This document shows, piece by piece, positions 10,347-20,220 of a stretch of DNA of 64,000 bases (its first letter is position 1; every line of letters begins with the position of its first letter). The notes under the pieces are model-generated. The model searched no databases, was not told the origin of the DNA, and saw nothing but the letters and a program-made list of their open reading frames with translations. The DNA lies in the IMG/VR virus record IMGVR_UViG_3300025769_000069; one strand, given 5' to 3'. This DNA comes from a virus. Both the position numbers and the translations under genes were made by a program.

Positions 10347-10790
10347 ATGAATTTAGAAGATATACTAGACCAATGGTCTAAAGAATGTGTTATTGATAAA
10401 ATAAGCTTAGATGAAACATCTAGAAATACACCTAAGCTTCATGCAAAATATTTGCAATTATTAAGTCATGCGAAACTTTTGTTAAAGAGAGCAGAAGCTT
10501 CTCAAAAAATATTACTCAAAGATAAATGGTTGTACTACAATGGAAAACTCGATAAAGAAACTATTGAATCAAAAGGTTGGAAACATGATCCATTTGATGG
10601 TCTCAAAATTCTCAAAGGTGAAATGGACTATTACTACGATGCTGACCCAGACATTCAAAAATCTGAAGAAAAAATTCAGTACTACAAAACAATAATTGAA
10701 ACGTTAACGGAAATCGTAGATTCTTTAAAATGGCGCCACCAAACCATTGGCAATATTATAAGATGGAAACAATTTGAAGCAGGTGGATAA
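10347..10790 (+). CDS. uvsY: Recombination mediator UvsY
   Basis: PKLHAKYL, KWLYYNGK, IGNIIRWKQFEAG. Confidence 0.9.
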   Translation: MNLEDILDQWSKECVIDKISLDETSRNTPKLHAKYLQLLSHAKLLLKRAEASQKILLKDKWLYYNGKLDKETIESKGWKHDPFDGLKILKGEMDYYYDADPDIQKSEEKIQYYKTIIETLTEIVDSLKWRHQTIGNIIRWKQFEAGG

Positions 10791-12284
10791 GTGGAACAAA
10801 TATCCGTACAACTTAATAATTATAGCATGATGAATATAGATTGTAGCCGTGGGATTGCCCAAGAGCTATCAGAATATTTTTCTTTCTATGTTCCTGGTTA
10901 TAAATTCATGCCAGCCTATAAGAATAAAGTTTGGGACGGTAAAATTCGTTTATTTAATAGCATGACTGGTGAGCTTGGCGCAGGGCTATACTCTTATTTG
11001 TTAAAGTTTGCAGCTGAGCGGTCATATACTGTAGACACAGAAGAGTCTCATCAATATGGTTTTCCTGTTCCTCCTCAACAACCTCTTCAATATATGTCTG
11101 ATTTACTAGCTGACGCAAAGCTTCCATTTCAGCCTCGAGACTATCAATACGATGCGATTGAAACAGCCCTAACAAGAAGTCGAGCAATTCTATTATCTCC
11201 TACTGGATCTGGAAAATCATTTATTATTTATCTAATCATGAAATACTGGCTTCAGTATCTGACAGATGGATTCAATTATCCTAAAGCAGGAAGAGTATTA
11301 GTAATTGTTCCAACAACATCTCTAGTTGAACAAATGCACCAAGACTTTTTAGACTATGGTTTCAGTCAAGGTGGTATGCATAGAATATATTCTGGTAGAG
11401 ATAAGAATGCAGATAAAGCTGTTATAATTTCAACTTGGCAAAGTATATATAAATATCCTAAGAAATGGTTTGAACAATTTGGTATGGTAATTGGCGATGA
11501 GTGTCATGGATTTAAATCTAAGTCATTATCATCAATTATGAATAAAGCAACAGAAGCTAAATATCGTTTTGGTCTAACAGGCACTTTAGATGGCACTCAA
11601 ACACACAGACTAGTTCTGGAGGGATTGTTTGGTCCAGTCTATAAAGTTACAACGACCAAAAAGTTGCAAGATGATAATACTTTGGCTCCATTAGATATTA
11701 AAGTACTTTTGTTAAATTATTCCGAAGAAGTAAGGAAAAATTTTGGAAAGAAAACATATCAGGAAGAAATCGATTTTCTTATTGGAAATCCTGCTCGTAA
11801 TCGGCTCATTCGCAATCTCGCTTTGGATGCTGACGGAAATACTCTCGTCTTATTTAATCGTGTTGAAGCTCATGGCAAGCCTCTCTATGAAATGATAAAT
11901 AATAAGGCAGAGGAAGGAAGGAAGATTTTCTTTGTCTCTGGTGAAGTGGCAACAGCTGATAGAGAAGCTATTCGAAAAATTGTAGAAGGTCAAAAAAATG
12001 CAATTGTCGTGGCCTCCTTGGGAACTTTCAGTACTGGTATTAATATTCGCAATCTTCATAATATTATTTTCGCTTCACCATCTAAATCTCAAATCAAAGT
12101 CTTGCAGTCAATTGGCCGAGGACTTAGAAAATCAGACGATGGTAGGATTACGAAGCTCTATGACGTGGCAGACGACTTGCATTGGAAGTCGCAACAAAAC
12201 TATACATTATTACACTCCGCAGAACGTGTAAAAATTTATGATAAAGAACAATTTAAATATAAAATTGTAAAGGTTGATATATGA
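10791..12284 (+). CDS. uvsW: SF2 helicase UvsW
   Basis: PTGSGKS, DECH, GLTGT, QSIGRGLR. Confidence 0.95.
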   Translation: MEQISVQLNNYSMMNIDCSRGIAQELSEYFSFYVPGYKFMPAYKNKVWDGKIRLFNSMTGELGAGLYSYLLKFAAERSYTVDTEESHQYGFPVPPQQPLQYMSDLLADAKLPFQPRDYQYDAIETALTRSRAILLSPTGSGKSFIIYLIMKYWLQYLTDGFNYPKAGRVLVIVPTTSLVEQMHQDFLDYGFSQGGMHRIYSGRDKNADKAVIISTWQSIYKYPKKWFEQFGMVIGDECHGFKSKSLSSIMNKATEAKYRFGLTGTLDGTQTHRLVLEGLFGPVYKVTTTKKLQDDNTLAPLDIKVLLLNYSEEVRKNFGKKTYQEEIDFLIGNPARNRLIRNLALDADGNTLVLFNRVEAHGKPLYEMINNKAEEGRKIFFVSGEVATADREAIRKIVEGQKNAIVVASLGTFSTGINIRNLHNIIFASPSKSQIKVLQSIGRGLRKSDDGRITKLYDVADDLHWKSQQNYTLLHSAERVKIYDKEQFKYKIVKVDI

Positions 12285-12706
12285 ATGATAGTAGAGTAAG
12301 ACAATTTAAACTAACATCAGGCGATGAAATTATTTGTGAAGTCTTAGAATGGGATGACACAGAAAACTCTGAAATTATAGTGCGCCATTTATTTGAAATA
12401 CGTAAAGTAGATATGATGGCTTCTTCTACACGATTATATACAATTCAACCATATGTTTCTTTTCAAGTTGGCGACACAGTAGTATCAAGTATTAATTCTG
12501 ATCATATCTCAGTAGTTTCTCAACCAACGAAAACTTTAATAGATCAGTATAAATCATCAATAAAAAATTATGTTTTAGAAGAAAGTGATTCGGCTGATTT
12601 AGAAGAAAAATTTGAAAATATTAAAAAATTCTTAGATCAATTAGAAGAAGATTACGATTCGGATGTAAGTAATATTATTCATTTTCCACGTGGAACTGTA
12701 CACTAG
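12281..12706 (+). CDS. Conserved T4-like hypothetical protein
   Basis: KLTSGDEIIC N-terminus; lies between uvsW and gp55. Confidence 0.65.
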   Translation: MNDSRVRQFKLTSGDEIICEVLEWDDTENSEIIVRHLFEIRKVDMMASSTRLYTIQPYVSFQVGDTVVSSINSDHISVVSQPTKTLIDQYKSSIKNYVLEESDSADLEEKFENIKKFLDQLEEDYDSDVSNIIHFPRGTVH

Positions 12707-12739
12707 TATATCCACTCCCACCAAAAATCTCTTAGATTT

Positions 12740-12781
12740 ATTATACACTAATTTTCTAGAATGTAAACATGAAAAATGAGC
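12740..12781 (-). promoter_or_regulatory. Antisense early-type promoter
   Basis: Minus strand reads GCTCA-N8-GTTTACA-N16-TATAAT. Confidence 0.65.
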
Positions 12782-12801
12782 AGATAGTAAAAAAAAATTA
12801 G

Positions 12802-12830
12802 TGTACAATAACAGCAAAACATGATAGAAT
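12802..12830 (+). promoter_or_regulatory. Sigma70-like promoter for gp55
   Basis: TGTACA-N17-TAGAAT with TG extension. Confidence 0.6.
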
Positions 12831-12854
12831 AATAAAGAATTGAAGGATTATATT

Positions 12855-13445
12855 ATGTCTAAAAATAAAAATGTGCATTATGTTAATAATAAAGAATTTT
12901 CTCAATCAGTGGTTGAATACTGTAAAAAAGTTCGTGAAGCGAAAGAGACAGATGATCCTTTACCAGTAGTTCCAAATTATATTGCAGAATGTTTTCTTAA
13001 AATTGCTGAAGGCCTATCACATAAGTCAAACTTTATTCGATATACTTATCGTGAAGAGATGGTAATGGATGCAGTTGAAAATTGTTTAAAAGCAATTGAA
13101 AACTATAATATTGATGCAGCAACAAGATCAGGAAATCCAAATGCGTTTGCTTATTTCACTCAAATCTCGTGGTATGCTTTTCTACGCCGTATTGCCAAAG
13201 AAAAGAAACAGCAAGACATCAAGCTCAAATACTTATCTGAAAGTGGTATCGAACAGTACATAATGACTTCTGAAAATGATGCTGCTGCTAATAACGTTAT
13301 CAATAGTTTTATTGACACATTAAAAGATCGTATTGATAAGGTAAAAGAAAAAGATACAGAATTTAAAATGTATCTTAAAGACGAAAAATTACGTAAAAAA
13401 CGTATTGTGAAAGTAGATTCTGATTTACAAGATTTTATGGAATGA
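12855..13445 (+). CDS. gp55: Late-transcription sigma factor
   Basis: HYVNNKEF, YTYREEMVMDAVENC, NAFAYFTQI. Confidence 0.95.
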   Translation: MSKNKNVHYVNNKEFSQSVVEYCKKVREAKETDDPLPVVPNYIAECFLKIAEGLSHKSNFIRYTYREEMVMDAVENCLKAIENYNIDAATRSGNPNAFAYFTQISWYAFLRRIAKEKKQQDIKLKYLSESGIEQYIMTSENDAAANNVINSFIDTLKDRIDKVKEKDTEFKMYLKDEKLRKKRIVKVDSDLQDFME

Positions 13446-13451
13446 TATTTA

Positions 13452-14513
13452 ATGAAGTTGGCAATTTTAAATGATACACATTGTGGCATCCGCAATAGCT
13501 CTGACATATTTCTCGATAATGCAGAGAAATTTTATGATGATATATTTTTTCCTTATCTTTTGGAAAATAATATTCGCCATATCATTCACCTTGGTGATTA
13601 CTACGATAATAGAAAGTTCATTAATTTCAGGGCTCTTAATCGGAATAGGAGTCACTTTCTTAAACAACTTCGAGATCGCGGGATCACGATGGACATTATC
13701 TGCGGTAATCATGACACTTATTATAAAAACACTAATAATTTAAATAGTCTCAAAGAACTACTTGGCCATTATATGAATGAAGTTAGTATTATTCATGAGC
13801 CAAGAGTTATGGAATATGGATCTCTTAAAATGGGTTTAGTACCCTGGATCTGTAATGATAACGAAAAAGACACGATTAATTTTCTAAAAAATTGTAAAGC
13901 TGATGTTATTGGCGGTCACTTTGAGCTCACCGGCTTTGAAGTTATGAAGGGTTTAGAACATCATGGTGGTATGGATCCAAAGATCCTTGAGAGATTTGAA
14001 CTTGTTTTAAGTGGACACTTTCATACAAAATCTAATAAAGGTAATATTCACTACCTTGGATCTCAAATGGAATTTTATTGGAATGATGCACATGATAAAA
14101 AATATTTTCACGTATTGGATACAGAAACACGTGAACTCACACCTATTCATAATCCCCATACTCTTTTCCATCGTATCTATTATGATGATACCAAATATGA
14201 TTTTAATGATTATGACTTATCCAACTTAGATAATAAATTTGTAAAAATAGTTGTAATTAATAAAAAAGACCTGTTTACATTTGATCGCTTTGTTGATAGA
14301 ATACAAAATAAGAAGATTCATGAGTTAAAGATTCAAGAAAATTTCTCAGAATTTATTGGTTCAAGTGTTGATGATGATAATATTTCACTAGAAGATACAA
14401 CTACTCTATTAAATTCTTATATTGATAATGTAGAAACTGAATTAGATAAAGATCGTATTAAAAAAGAAATGTATGATTTGATGATTGAGGCGCAAACGCT
14501 CGAAATAGCATGA
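13452..14513 (+). CDS. gp47: Recombination endonuclease subunit (Mre11-like)
   Basis: Metallophosphoesterase motifs DTH, GDYYD, GNHD, GHFH. Confidence 0.95.
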   Translation: MKLAILNDTHCGIRNSSDIFLDNAEKFYDDIFFPYLLENNIRHIIHLGDYYDNRKFINFRALNRNRSHFLKQLRDRGITMDIICGNHDTYYKNTNNLNSLKELLGHYMNEVSIIHEPRVMEYGSLKMGLVPWICNDNEKDTINFLKNCKADVIGGHFELTGFEVMKGLEHHGGMDPKILERFELVLSGHFHTKSNKGNIHYLGSQMEFYWNDAHDKKYFHVLDTETRELTPIHNPHTLFHRIYYDDTKYDFNDYDLSNLDNKFVKIVVINKKDLFTFDRFVDRIQNKKIHELKIQENFSEFIGSSVDDDNISLEDTTTLLNSYIDNVETELDKDRIKKEMYDLMIEAQTLEIA

Positions 14514-16231
14514 TTTTATTTAAAAGTTTAAAATGGAAAAATTTCCTTTCAACTGGAAATTCGTGGACTAGCATTGACTTTAATACACATAAAACTACTC
14601 TTGTTGTTGGACACAATGGAGCTGGTAAGTCTACAGTATTAGATGCATTAGCATTCGCTTTATTTGGAAAAGCACACCGTAATATTAGTAAGCCACAATT
14701 AGTGAATACTATTAATAATAAGAATTGCTTGGTTGAAGTTGAATTCAACGTATCAGGTTCAGAACTTAAAATAGTTCGTGGTATTAAACCAAACATATTT
14801 GAAATTTGGAAAGATGGGACAATGATGAATCAGTCCTCTCATTCCAAAGAGTACCAAAAGATCCTCGAACAAAATATCTTGAAGCTTAATCATAAAAGCT
14901 TTCATCAAATTGTTGTGTTGGGATCCTCCTCCTTCATTCCTTTCATGCAGCTTCCAGCGCAGCATAGAAGAGATGTTATCGAGGATCTTTTGGACATTAA
15001 TGTATTTTCTAAAATGAATCAGCTCTTAAAAGAAAAGAATGGCCTTTTAAAAGATCAATTAAAAGATGTAGACTATTCCCTTGAACTATCAAAGGAAAAG
15101 ATTGACTTACAGTCTAAGTACATTAAAGAAGTAGAGGCACTTAGCAATGATCAGATTGAAGAAAAAGAAAACCAAATTTTCCTCGCAGAAGATTCCATCA
15201 ACCTCCTCCACCATGAAAATAGTGTCATTTCCGAAGAAATCGAAAAGCTCTCCGAGGGCCTTGAAGAAAGTCTCAAGAAAAGTCATAATAAAAAACAAGC
15301 TCTCTTACAGTACAAAGCGGAGTTCAATCAAAAAATCTCAACACTTGTCAAGGATTCAAAATTCTACGAGGAAAATGATACTTGCCCCACATGTTCCCAA
15401 GATATTAGTGGAGACCTTCGATCGGAGAAACTCTCCACCGCCAAATCCAAAGCATCGGAGATACAAAAAGCTTTGGACGATGTCTCTCAGCAGTCGGCTA
15501 TTGTGGAATCAGATATTGAACGGCTCAACGCCTGCTCTAATGAGATCAGAGAAAAAACCTCACTTATATCGAGCCATAATCGTGAAATCGTACGGTTGCA
15601 AGGACAGATTACAAGTCTTTCCGCTGCCATATCAAACATACGCGGCAATGATGGTGACGTAGCAAAATCTAAATTAGATTTAGAAAATTTAAAGAATCAA
15701 AAAGCTGACTTGTTTGAAAATAAATTGTACATTTCTGAATCTTTAAATTATAATACTGTAATATTAGAGATGTTAAAAGATACTGGAATTAAAACAAAAA
15801 TTGTAAAAGAATATTTACCTGTTATAAATAAACTCGTAAATCAATATTTACAAATATTAGATTTCTACGTTTCATTTCATCTAGATGAAGCATTCTCCGA
15901 AACAATTCGTTCAAGACATAGAGATAATTTCTCTTATGATTCTTTTTCTGAAGGTGAAAAGCAACGTATTGATCTGGCTCTTTTATTTACTTGGCGACAA
16001 ATAGCCAAGATGAAGAATTCAGTATCTACTAATCTATTAGTACTTGATGAAACTTTTGATTCATCACTTGATTATGAAGGAGTAGATAATCTTATGAAGA
16101 TTATTCATACTCTGGATGATGATACTAATGTCTTTGTTATTAGTCACAAAGGCGATATTCTTGAAGGTAAATTTCAAAACAAATTGGAATTCTTTAAAGA
16201 AAAAAACTTTAGCAAACTAAAAGGAAATTAA
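14510..16231 (+). CDS. gp46: Recombination ATPase subunit (Rad50-like)
   Basis: GHNGAGKS, CPTC zinc hook, FSEGEK, LVLDE. Confidence 0.96.
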   Translation: MILFKSLKWKNFLSTGNSWTSIDFNTHKTTLVVGHNGAGKSTVLDALAFALFGKAHRNISKPQLVNTINNKNCLVEVEFNVSGSELKIVRGIKPNIFEIWKDGTMMNQSSHSKEYQKILEQNILKLNHKSFHQIVVLGSSSFIPFMQLPAQHRRDVIEDLLDINVFSKMNQLLKEKNGLLKDQLKDVDYSLELSKEKIDLQSKYIKEVEALSNDQIEEKENQIFLAEDSINLLHHENSVISEEIEKLSEGLEESLKKSHNKKQALLQYKAEFNQKISTLVKDSKFYEENDTCPTCSQDISGDLRSEKLSTAKSKASEIQKALDDVSQQSAIVESDIERLNACSNEIREKTSLISSHNREIVRLQGQITSLSAAISNIRGNDGDVAKSKLDLENLKNQKADLFENKLYISESLNYNTVILEMLKDTGIKTKIVKEYLPVINKLVNQYLQILDFYVSFHLDEAFSETIRSRHRDNFSYDSFSEGEKQRIDLALLFTWRQIAKMKNSVSTNLLVLDETFDSSLDYEGVDNLMKIIHTLDDDTNVFVISHKGDILEGKFQNKLEFFKEKNFSKLKGN

Positions 16232-16232
16232 T

Positions 16233-16907
16233 ATGGAATTATCCAATTTTACTATGACTCTCTTGAAAAACTATTCTGGGATTAATCCTAATTTGGTTAT
16301 TCGTGAAGGTAATTCTATTATGACTGTATCAGAAGCAAAGAATGTTTTGGCTCAAGCTACTATTCCTGAAACATTTAATAAGCAAGTGGGTATTTATGAT
16401 TTATCAGAATTCTTATCAGTTTTAAATCTTTTTGAAACATCTAACATTAAGTTAGAAGAAAAGTTTATGACTATTAGTGATACTTCTGGTAGATCAAAAA
16501 TTAAATATTTTATGTCTGATGCCGACATTCTAACTTCACCAACAAAACCAATTATCATGCCAGATCCGGAAGTTAGTTTTCACCTTGATCAAGATACTCT
16601 TGCGCGTATTAAAAAAGCAGCATCAGCTCTTGGGCATGACCAACTATCAATTATTCCAGGTGATGGTGTAATTACATTGTCTGTAGTTAACATTGATAAT
16701 GCAACATCTAATACGTACTCCATTGATGTTGCTGGCAAATCAACTGGAGACTACAATTTTATTCTTAATATTAAGAATCTGCAGATGATTCCTGGAAACT
16801 ATAATGTGGCCATTTCATCTAAACTTATTTCTCAATTTACGCTGGATCAAGAAAATACTGATCTTAAATATTGGGTTGCTCTAGAAAAAACATCGACATA
16901 CAAATAG
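16233..16907 (+). CDS. gp45: Sliding clamp
   Basis: LKNYSGIN, GIYDLSEFL, YWVALE; synteny. Confidence 0.92.
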   Translation: MELSNFTMTLLKNYSGINPNLVIREGNSIMTVSEAKNVLAQATIPETFNKQVGIYDLSEFLSVLNLFETSNIKLEEKFMTISDTSGRSKIKYFMSDADILTSPTKPIIMPDPEVSFHLDQDTLARIKKAASALGHDQLSIIPGDGVITLSVVNIDNATSNTYSIDVAGKSTGDYNFILNIKNLQMIPGNYNVAISSKLISQFTLDQENTDLKYWVALEKTSTYK

Positions 16908-16917
16908 GAGAAAACAT

Positions 16918-17112
16918 ATGTCTGACGATACTCAAATTTATCAACTTGCGGGTCGCACATCTCGTAGTACTGTAGCTGTAATCGATGCAATTGTTCAACG
17001 AGGAGGCTTCCGCGGTGAAGAACTTAGTTCTATTGGCCAACTACGTGATCAGTGCATTCAAATAATTCAACTATGCGAAAATCAAGCTCAAGAGGCGGCA
17101 CAAGAAGAATAG
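16918..17112 (+). CDS. Hypothetical protein
   Basis: SD GGAG; IDAIVQRGGFRGEEL. Confidence 0.65.
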   Translation: MSDDTQIYQLAGRTSRSTVAVIDAIVQRGGFRGEELSSIGQLRDQCIQIIQLCENQAQEAAQEE

Positions 17113-17113
17113 T

Positions 17114-17142
17114 TTTACAATTATTATATTATTGATTATAAT
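17114..17142 (+). promoter_or_regulatory. Sigma70-like early/middle promoter
   Basis: TTTACA-N17-TATAAT before gp44. Confidence 0.7.
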
Positions 17143-17169
17143 AGACATATTATATTATGGAGTACGTGA

Positions 17170-18108
17170 ATGTCTAATTTTTTATGGGTCGAGAAGTATC
17201 GACCAAAAACTATTTCTGAAACTATCCTTCCTTCATCATTAAAACAAACGTTTCAGAATATGGTAGATGCTGGCGAATTGCAGAATATGCTTTTCGCTGG
17301 CACTGCCGGTCTTGGTAAGACTACAGTGGCTAGAGCTCTGTGCAATGAGATCGGCGCTGATTATATTGTAATCAATGGTTCTGAAGAAGGTAACATTGAT
17401 ACACTTCGCGGTAAGATAAAACAATTTGCGTCTACTGTATCATTACAAGGAGGAGTTAAAGTTGTTATTCTCGACGAAGCAGATTATCTCAATCCACAAT
17501 CAACTCAACCAGCTCTTCGTGGATTCATTGAAGAGTTTTCTAACAATTGCAGATTCATTCTCACATGTAACTTTAAAAATCGTATTATTGCTCCTTTGCA
17601 TTCTCGTTGCGGAGTATATGAATTTAATACCACAAAGAAAGATTTAGCCGATCTTGCTAGTCAGTTTTTTGCTCGTTTTAAATATATACTAGACCAGGAA
17701 GGTGTGGAATATAACAATAAGGGCATGGCAGATCTCATTCTCAAGTATGCCCCCGATTGGAGGAGGGTATTAAATGAAGGACAACGCGCCGCTGCTAGTG
17801 GTCTTCCTATTGATGGGAGCAATAGTGGGTCTATCAATAACAACTCTGTTAATGACTTAGTAATTTATCTTAAAGAAAAAAACTTTAAGAAGATGCGTCA
17901 ATGGGTTGTAAATAATATGGATGTTGAGCCACAAGCTATTATTCGTCAGTTATATGATAACATGAATGAATCTGTGGCTCCTCAATCAATTCCTCAGCTA
18001 GTATTAGTTTTGGCTGAATATCAATATAAAAATGCTTTTGTGGCAGATCATGAATTAAATATGGTAGCCATGATGACTGAAATTATGGCACAGGTGAATT
18101 TTAAATGA
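17170..18108 (+). CDS. gp44: Clamp loader large subunit
   Basis: WVEKYRP, GLGKTT, DEAD, SRC. Confidence 0.96.
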   Translation: MSNFLWVEKYRPKTISETILPSSLKQTFQNMVDAGELQNMLFAGTAGLGKTTVARALCNEIGADYIVINGSEEGNIDTLRGKIKQFASTVSLQGGVKVVILDEADYLNPQSTQPALRGFIEEFSNNCRFILTCNFKNRIIAPLHSRCGVYEFNTTKKDLADLASQFFARFKYILDQEGVEYNNKGMADLILKYAPDWRRVLNEGQRAAASGLPIDGSNSGSINNNSVNDLVIYLKEKNFKKMRQWVVNNMDVEPQAIIRQLYDNMNESVAPQSIPQLVLVLAEYQYKNAFVADHELNMVAMMTEIMAQVNFK

Positions 18109-18689
18109 ATTGCGTAATATATGATTTTGAAACTTTTAGTGGCGTTCCTGCAACCGGGGCTGCTATTTCAATGGCAGTACTTAAGTTTGATGAGAATCGC
18201 TATGAATCTAATCCATACACATATGAAGAATTATTAGAACAAACTGATTACATTAAGTTTGACGTAAAAGAACAAGTGCATAAGTACAAACGTGTTGTTG
18301 ATATGGAAACTGTTAAATGGTGGAACTCTCAAGGTGAGTCAGCCAAGAAACTAATTAAACCATCTCCTGAAGACAGATCAATTGAAGACCTTTGGCAGTT
18401 TTTTGTAGACTATACAAAAGGTATGGATATTAAAAAAGTCTATACTCGTGGTAATGGCTTTGATCCTATTATCTTTGAAAGTATTGTACATTCGTTTGGA
18501 AAAGGTGTACCATACCCTTGGTGGACTATTCGCGATACACGTTCAATGCTAGATGGTTTATTATGGGGATCTGGTGCTGATAATAAATTTATTCCAAACG
18601 GACTAGAAGAAAAATTTATCCACCATGATCCTCGCCATGATATTGTTATGGATGTTATGCGCATGCAAACTGTAGTAGGTTGTCTATGA
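18105..18689 (+). CDS. dexA: DEDDh 3'-5' exonuclease (DexA-like)
   Basis: DFET, RGNGFD, RDTRS, HDPRHD. Confidence 0.8.
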   Translation: MNCVIYDFETFSGVPATGAAISMAVLKFDENRYESNPYTYEELLEQTDYIKFDVKEQVHKYKRVVDMETVKWWNSQGESAKKLIKPSPEDRSIEDLWQFFVDYTKGMDIKKVYTRGNGFDPIIFESIVHSFGKGVPYPWWTIRDTRSMLDGLLWGSGADNKFIPNGLEEKFIHHDPRHDIVMDVMRMQTVVGCL

Positions 18690-19066
18690 ATCACTTTGAT
18701 TATTTAAAAGCAATTAATGAAACAAAAGAAGATATTATGATAACTGAAGAATGCGAAAAAGCATATAATCCATTTATGGTAAATCGCGGTCTTAGTTACT
18801 TTTATGATACTGCAGCCATAGCTAATATGCTAAATCAATACCATCATACTGATAAAAAACTTCAATTTCACTTTCTTATAAATACGATTAGAAAACGTAG
18901 ACGATTTTCGAAATGGAATAAACCTGAGTCAGATAATGATATTGGAGCGATTAAAGAGTATTATGGCTATAGTAATAAACAAGCTAAACAAGTTCTCTCC
19001 CTGTTATCACCTGACCAAATTAAAAATATAAAAGAGAAGGTGAGTAAAGGTGGAAGAAGAAAATAA
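18686..19066 (+). CDS. gp62: Clamp loader small subunit
   Basis: YNPFMVNRGLS, RKRRRFSKW, EYYGYS. Confidence 0.9.
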   Translation: MNHFDYLKAINETKEDIMITEECEKAYNPFMVNRGLSYFYDTAAIANMLNQYHHTDKKLQFHFLINTIRKRRRFSKWNKPESDNDIGAIKEYYGYSNKQAKQVLSLLSPDQIKNIKEKVSKGGRRK

Positions 19067-19460
19067 TTTAGTAGAATGGTCTCCAGATAAAATGCTGGAA
19101 ATAACCATTAATCAACCAGACGATTTTTTAAAAGTTAGAGAAACTCTTACAAGAATGGGAGTTGCTTCTCGTAAAGATAAAAAATTATTTCAATCATGCC
19201 ATATCTTACATAAACAAGGTCGATATTTTATAGTTCACTTTAAAGAGTTGTTTATGCTAGACGGAAAGAAAGCTAATTTAGAATCTAATGACATTGCTCG
19301 TAGAAATACTATTGTAACATTATTGAGCGATTGGGGATTAGTTGATATGGTTAAAAATGAAGAATTAGAAGTTGCTCCATTACGTCAAATTAAAGTAATT
19401 TCTTTCAAAGAAAAAGATCAATGGGAACTTTGTCCAAAATATAATATTGGAAATAAGTAA
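19050..19460 (+). CDS. regA: Translational repressor RegA
   Basis: DDFLKVRETLTRMG, CHILHKQGRYFIVHFKELF. Confidence 0.96.
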   Translation: MEEENNLVEWSPDKMLEITINQPDDFLKVRETLTRMGVASRKDKKLFQSCHILHKQGRYFIVHFKELFMLDGKKANLESNDIARRNTIVTLLSDWGLVDMVKNEELEVAPLRQIKVISFKEKDQWELCPKYNIGNK

Positions 19461-19466
19461 AAAAAA

Positions 19467-19481
19467 TGCATAGCGGCTATG
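19467..19481. promoter_or_regulatory. Palindromic LysR-type (T-N11-A) candidate operator
   Basis: TG-CATAGC-G-GCTATG, with a second GCATAGC half-site at 19490. Confidence 0.45.
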
Positions 19482-19504
19482 TACATTTGGCATAGCAATA
19501 ACTA

Positions 19505-19512
19505 TATAAATA
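19505..19512 (+). promoter_or_regulatory. T4-type late promoter
   Basis: TATAAATA before the hsp20 leader. Confidence 0.75.
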
Positions 19513-19517
19513 TTATC

Positions 19518-19574
19518 GGAGTGCGGATGGTCCGGCTCCACTTTAATCTTGCTTGACATAAGGAGATAACAATG
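19518..19574 (+). promoter_or_regulatory. ROSE-like RNA thermometer in the hsp20 5' UTR
   Basis: AUCUUGCUU pairs with AAGGAGAU (the SD) leaving a bulged G; UUGCU ROSE motif; a second hairpin upstream. Confidence 0.75.
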
Positions 19575-20036
19575 ACAGGCTTACAAACACTATTCCCGCG
19601 TTCATCTTTTGTTGGTTTTGACCATCTATTTAATGAGCTTGAGTTTACAGCAAAACATGCTCAAGATCACTACCCACCCCACAACATTCTTAAGACCGGC
19701 GATACCGAATATCTTATCGAATTGGCTGTGGCCGGATTTAGCAAAGATGAATTAAATATTGAATTCAAGGATCGTACCTTGACAGTGACAGGGGAACACG
19801 AATCAAAAGGTCGCGAATACATTCATCGTGGTATTTCCACCAAGAAGTTCAAACGCACCTTCAGGCTGTCTGAGCACGTAAAAGTGCATGGAGCAGATCT
19901 TAAAGACGGAGTATTGTCAATTGACTTGAAATATGAAGTTCCAGAAGAAATGCGTCCTCGTAAAATCGCAATTGGTCATTACGAGGAACTAACAAATGAC
20001 ACAGACACTAAACAGCTTCTTCAAGAAGCTAATTAA
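19572..20036 (+). CDS. hsp20: Small heat-shock protein (Hsp20/IbpA-like)
   Basis: YPPHNI, ELAVAGF, HRGIS, DGVLSI, PRKIAI. Confidence 0.95.
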   Translation: MTGLQTLFPRSSFVGFDHLFNELEFTAKHAQDHYPPHNILKTGDTEYLIELAVAGFSKDELNIEFKDRTLTVTGEHESKGREYIHRGISTKKFKRTFRLSEHVKVHGADLKDGVLSIDLKYEVPEEMRPRKIAIGHYEELTNDTDTKQLLQEAN

Positions 20037-20220
20037 CGATTATTATGTAGCTAAAGCAATTAAACAAACAGAAAATGAATTGCGTAAGCTAACTGATAAA
20101 GAATTGAACGATATTGGTATTAGCAGAAGTGAAATTTATGCTATTGCTAGACAAGATGCAGATATGAGAAGATCCCATCTCATAGCGCCTTTTAACCCTA
20201 ACCTAAGAGGATTTGTCTAA
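19996..20220 (+). CDS. DUF1127 (YjiS-like) small protein
   Basis: ELRKLTDKELNDIGISRSEI signature. Confidence 0.85.
   Translation: MTQTLNSFFKKLINDYYVAKAIKQTENELRKLTDKELNDIGISRSEIYAIARQDADMRRSHLIAPFNPNLRGFV

Noticed and set aside
18877-18884. TATAAATA inside gp62 as a late promoter for regA
   Set aside because: Within coding sequence of an AT-rich genome; cannot be told from chance without transcript data.
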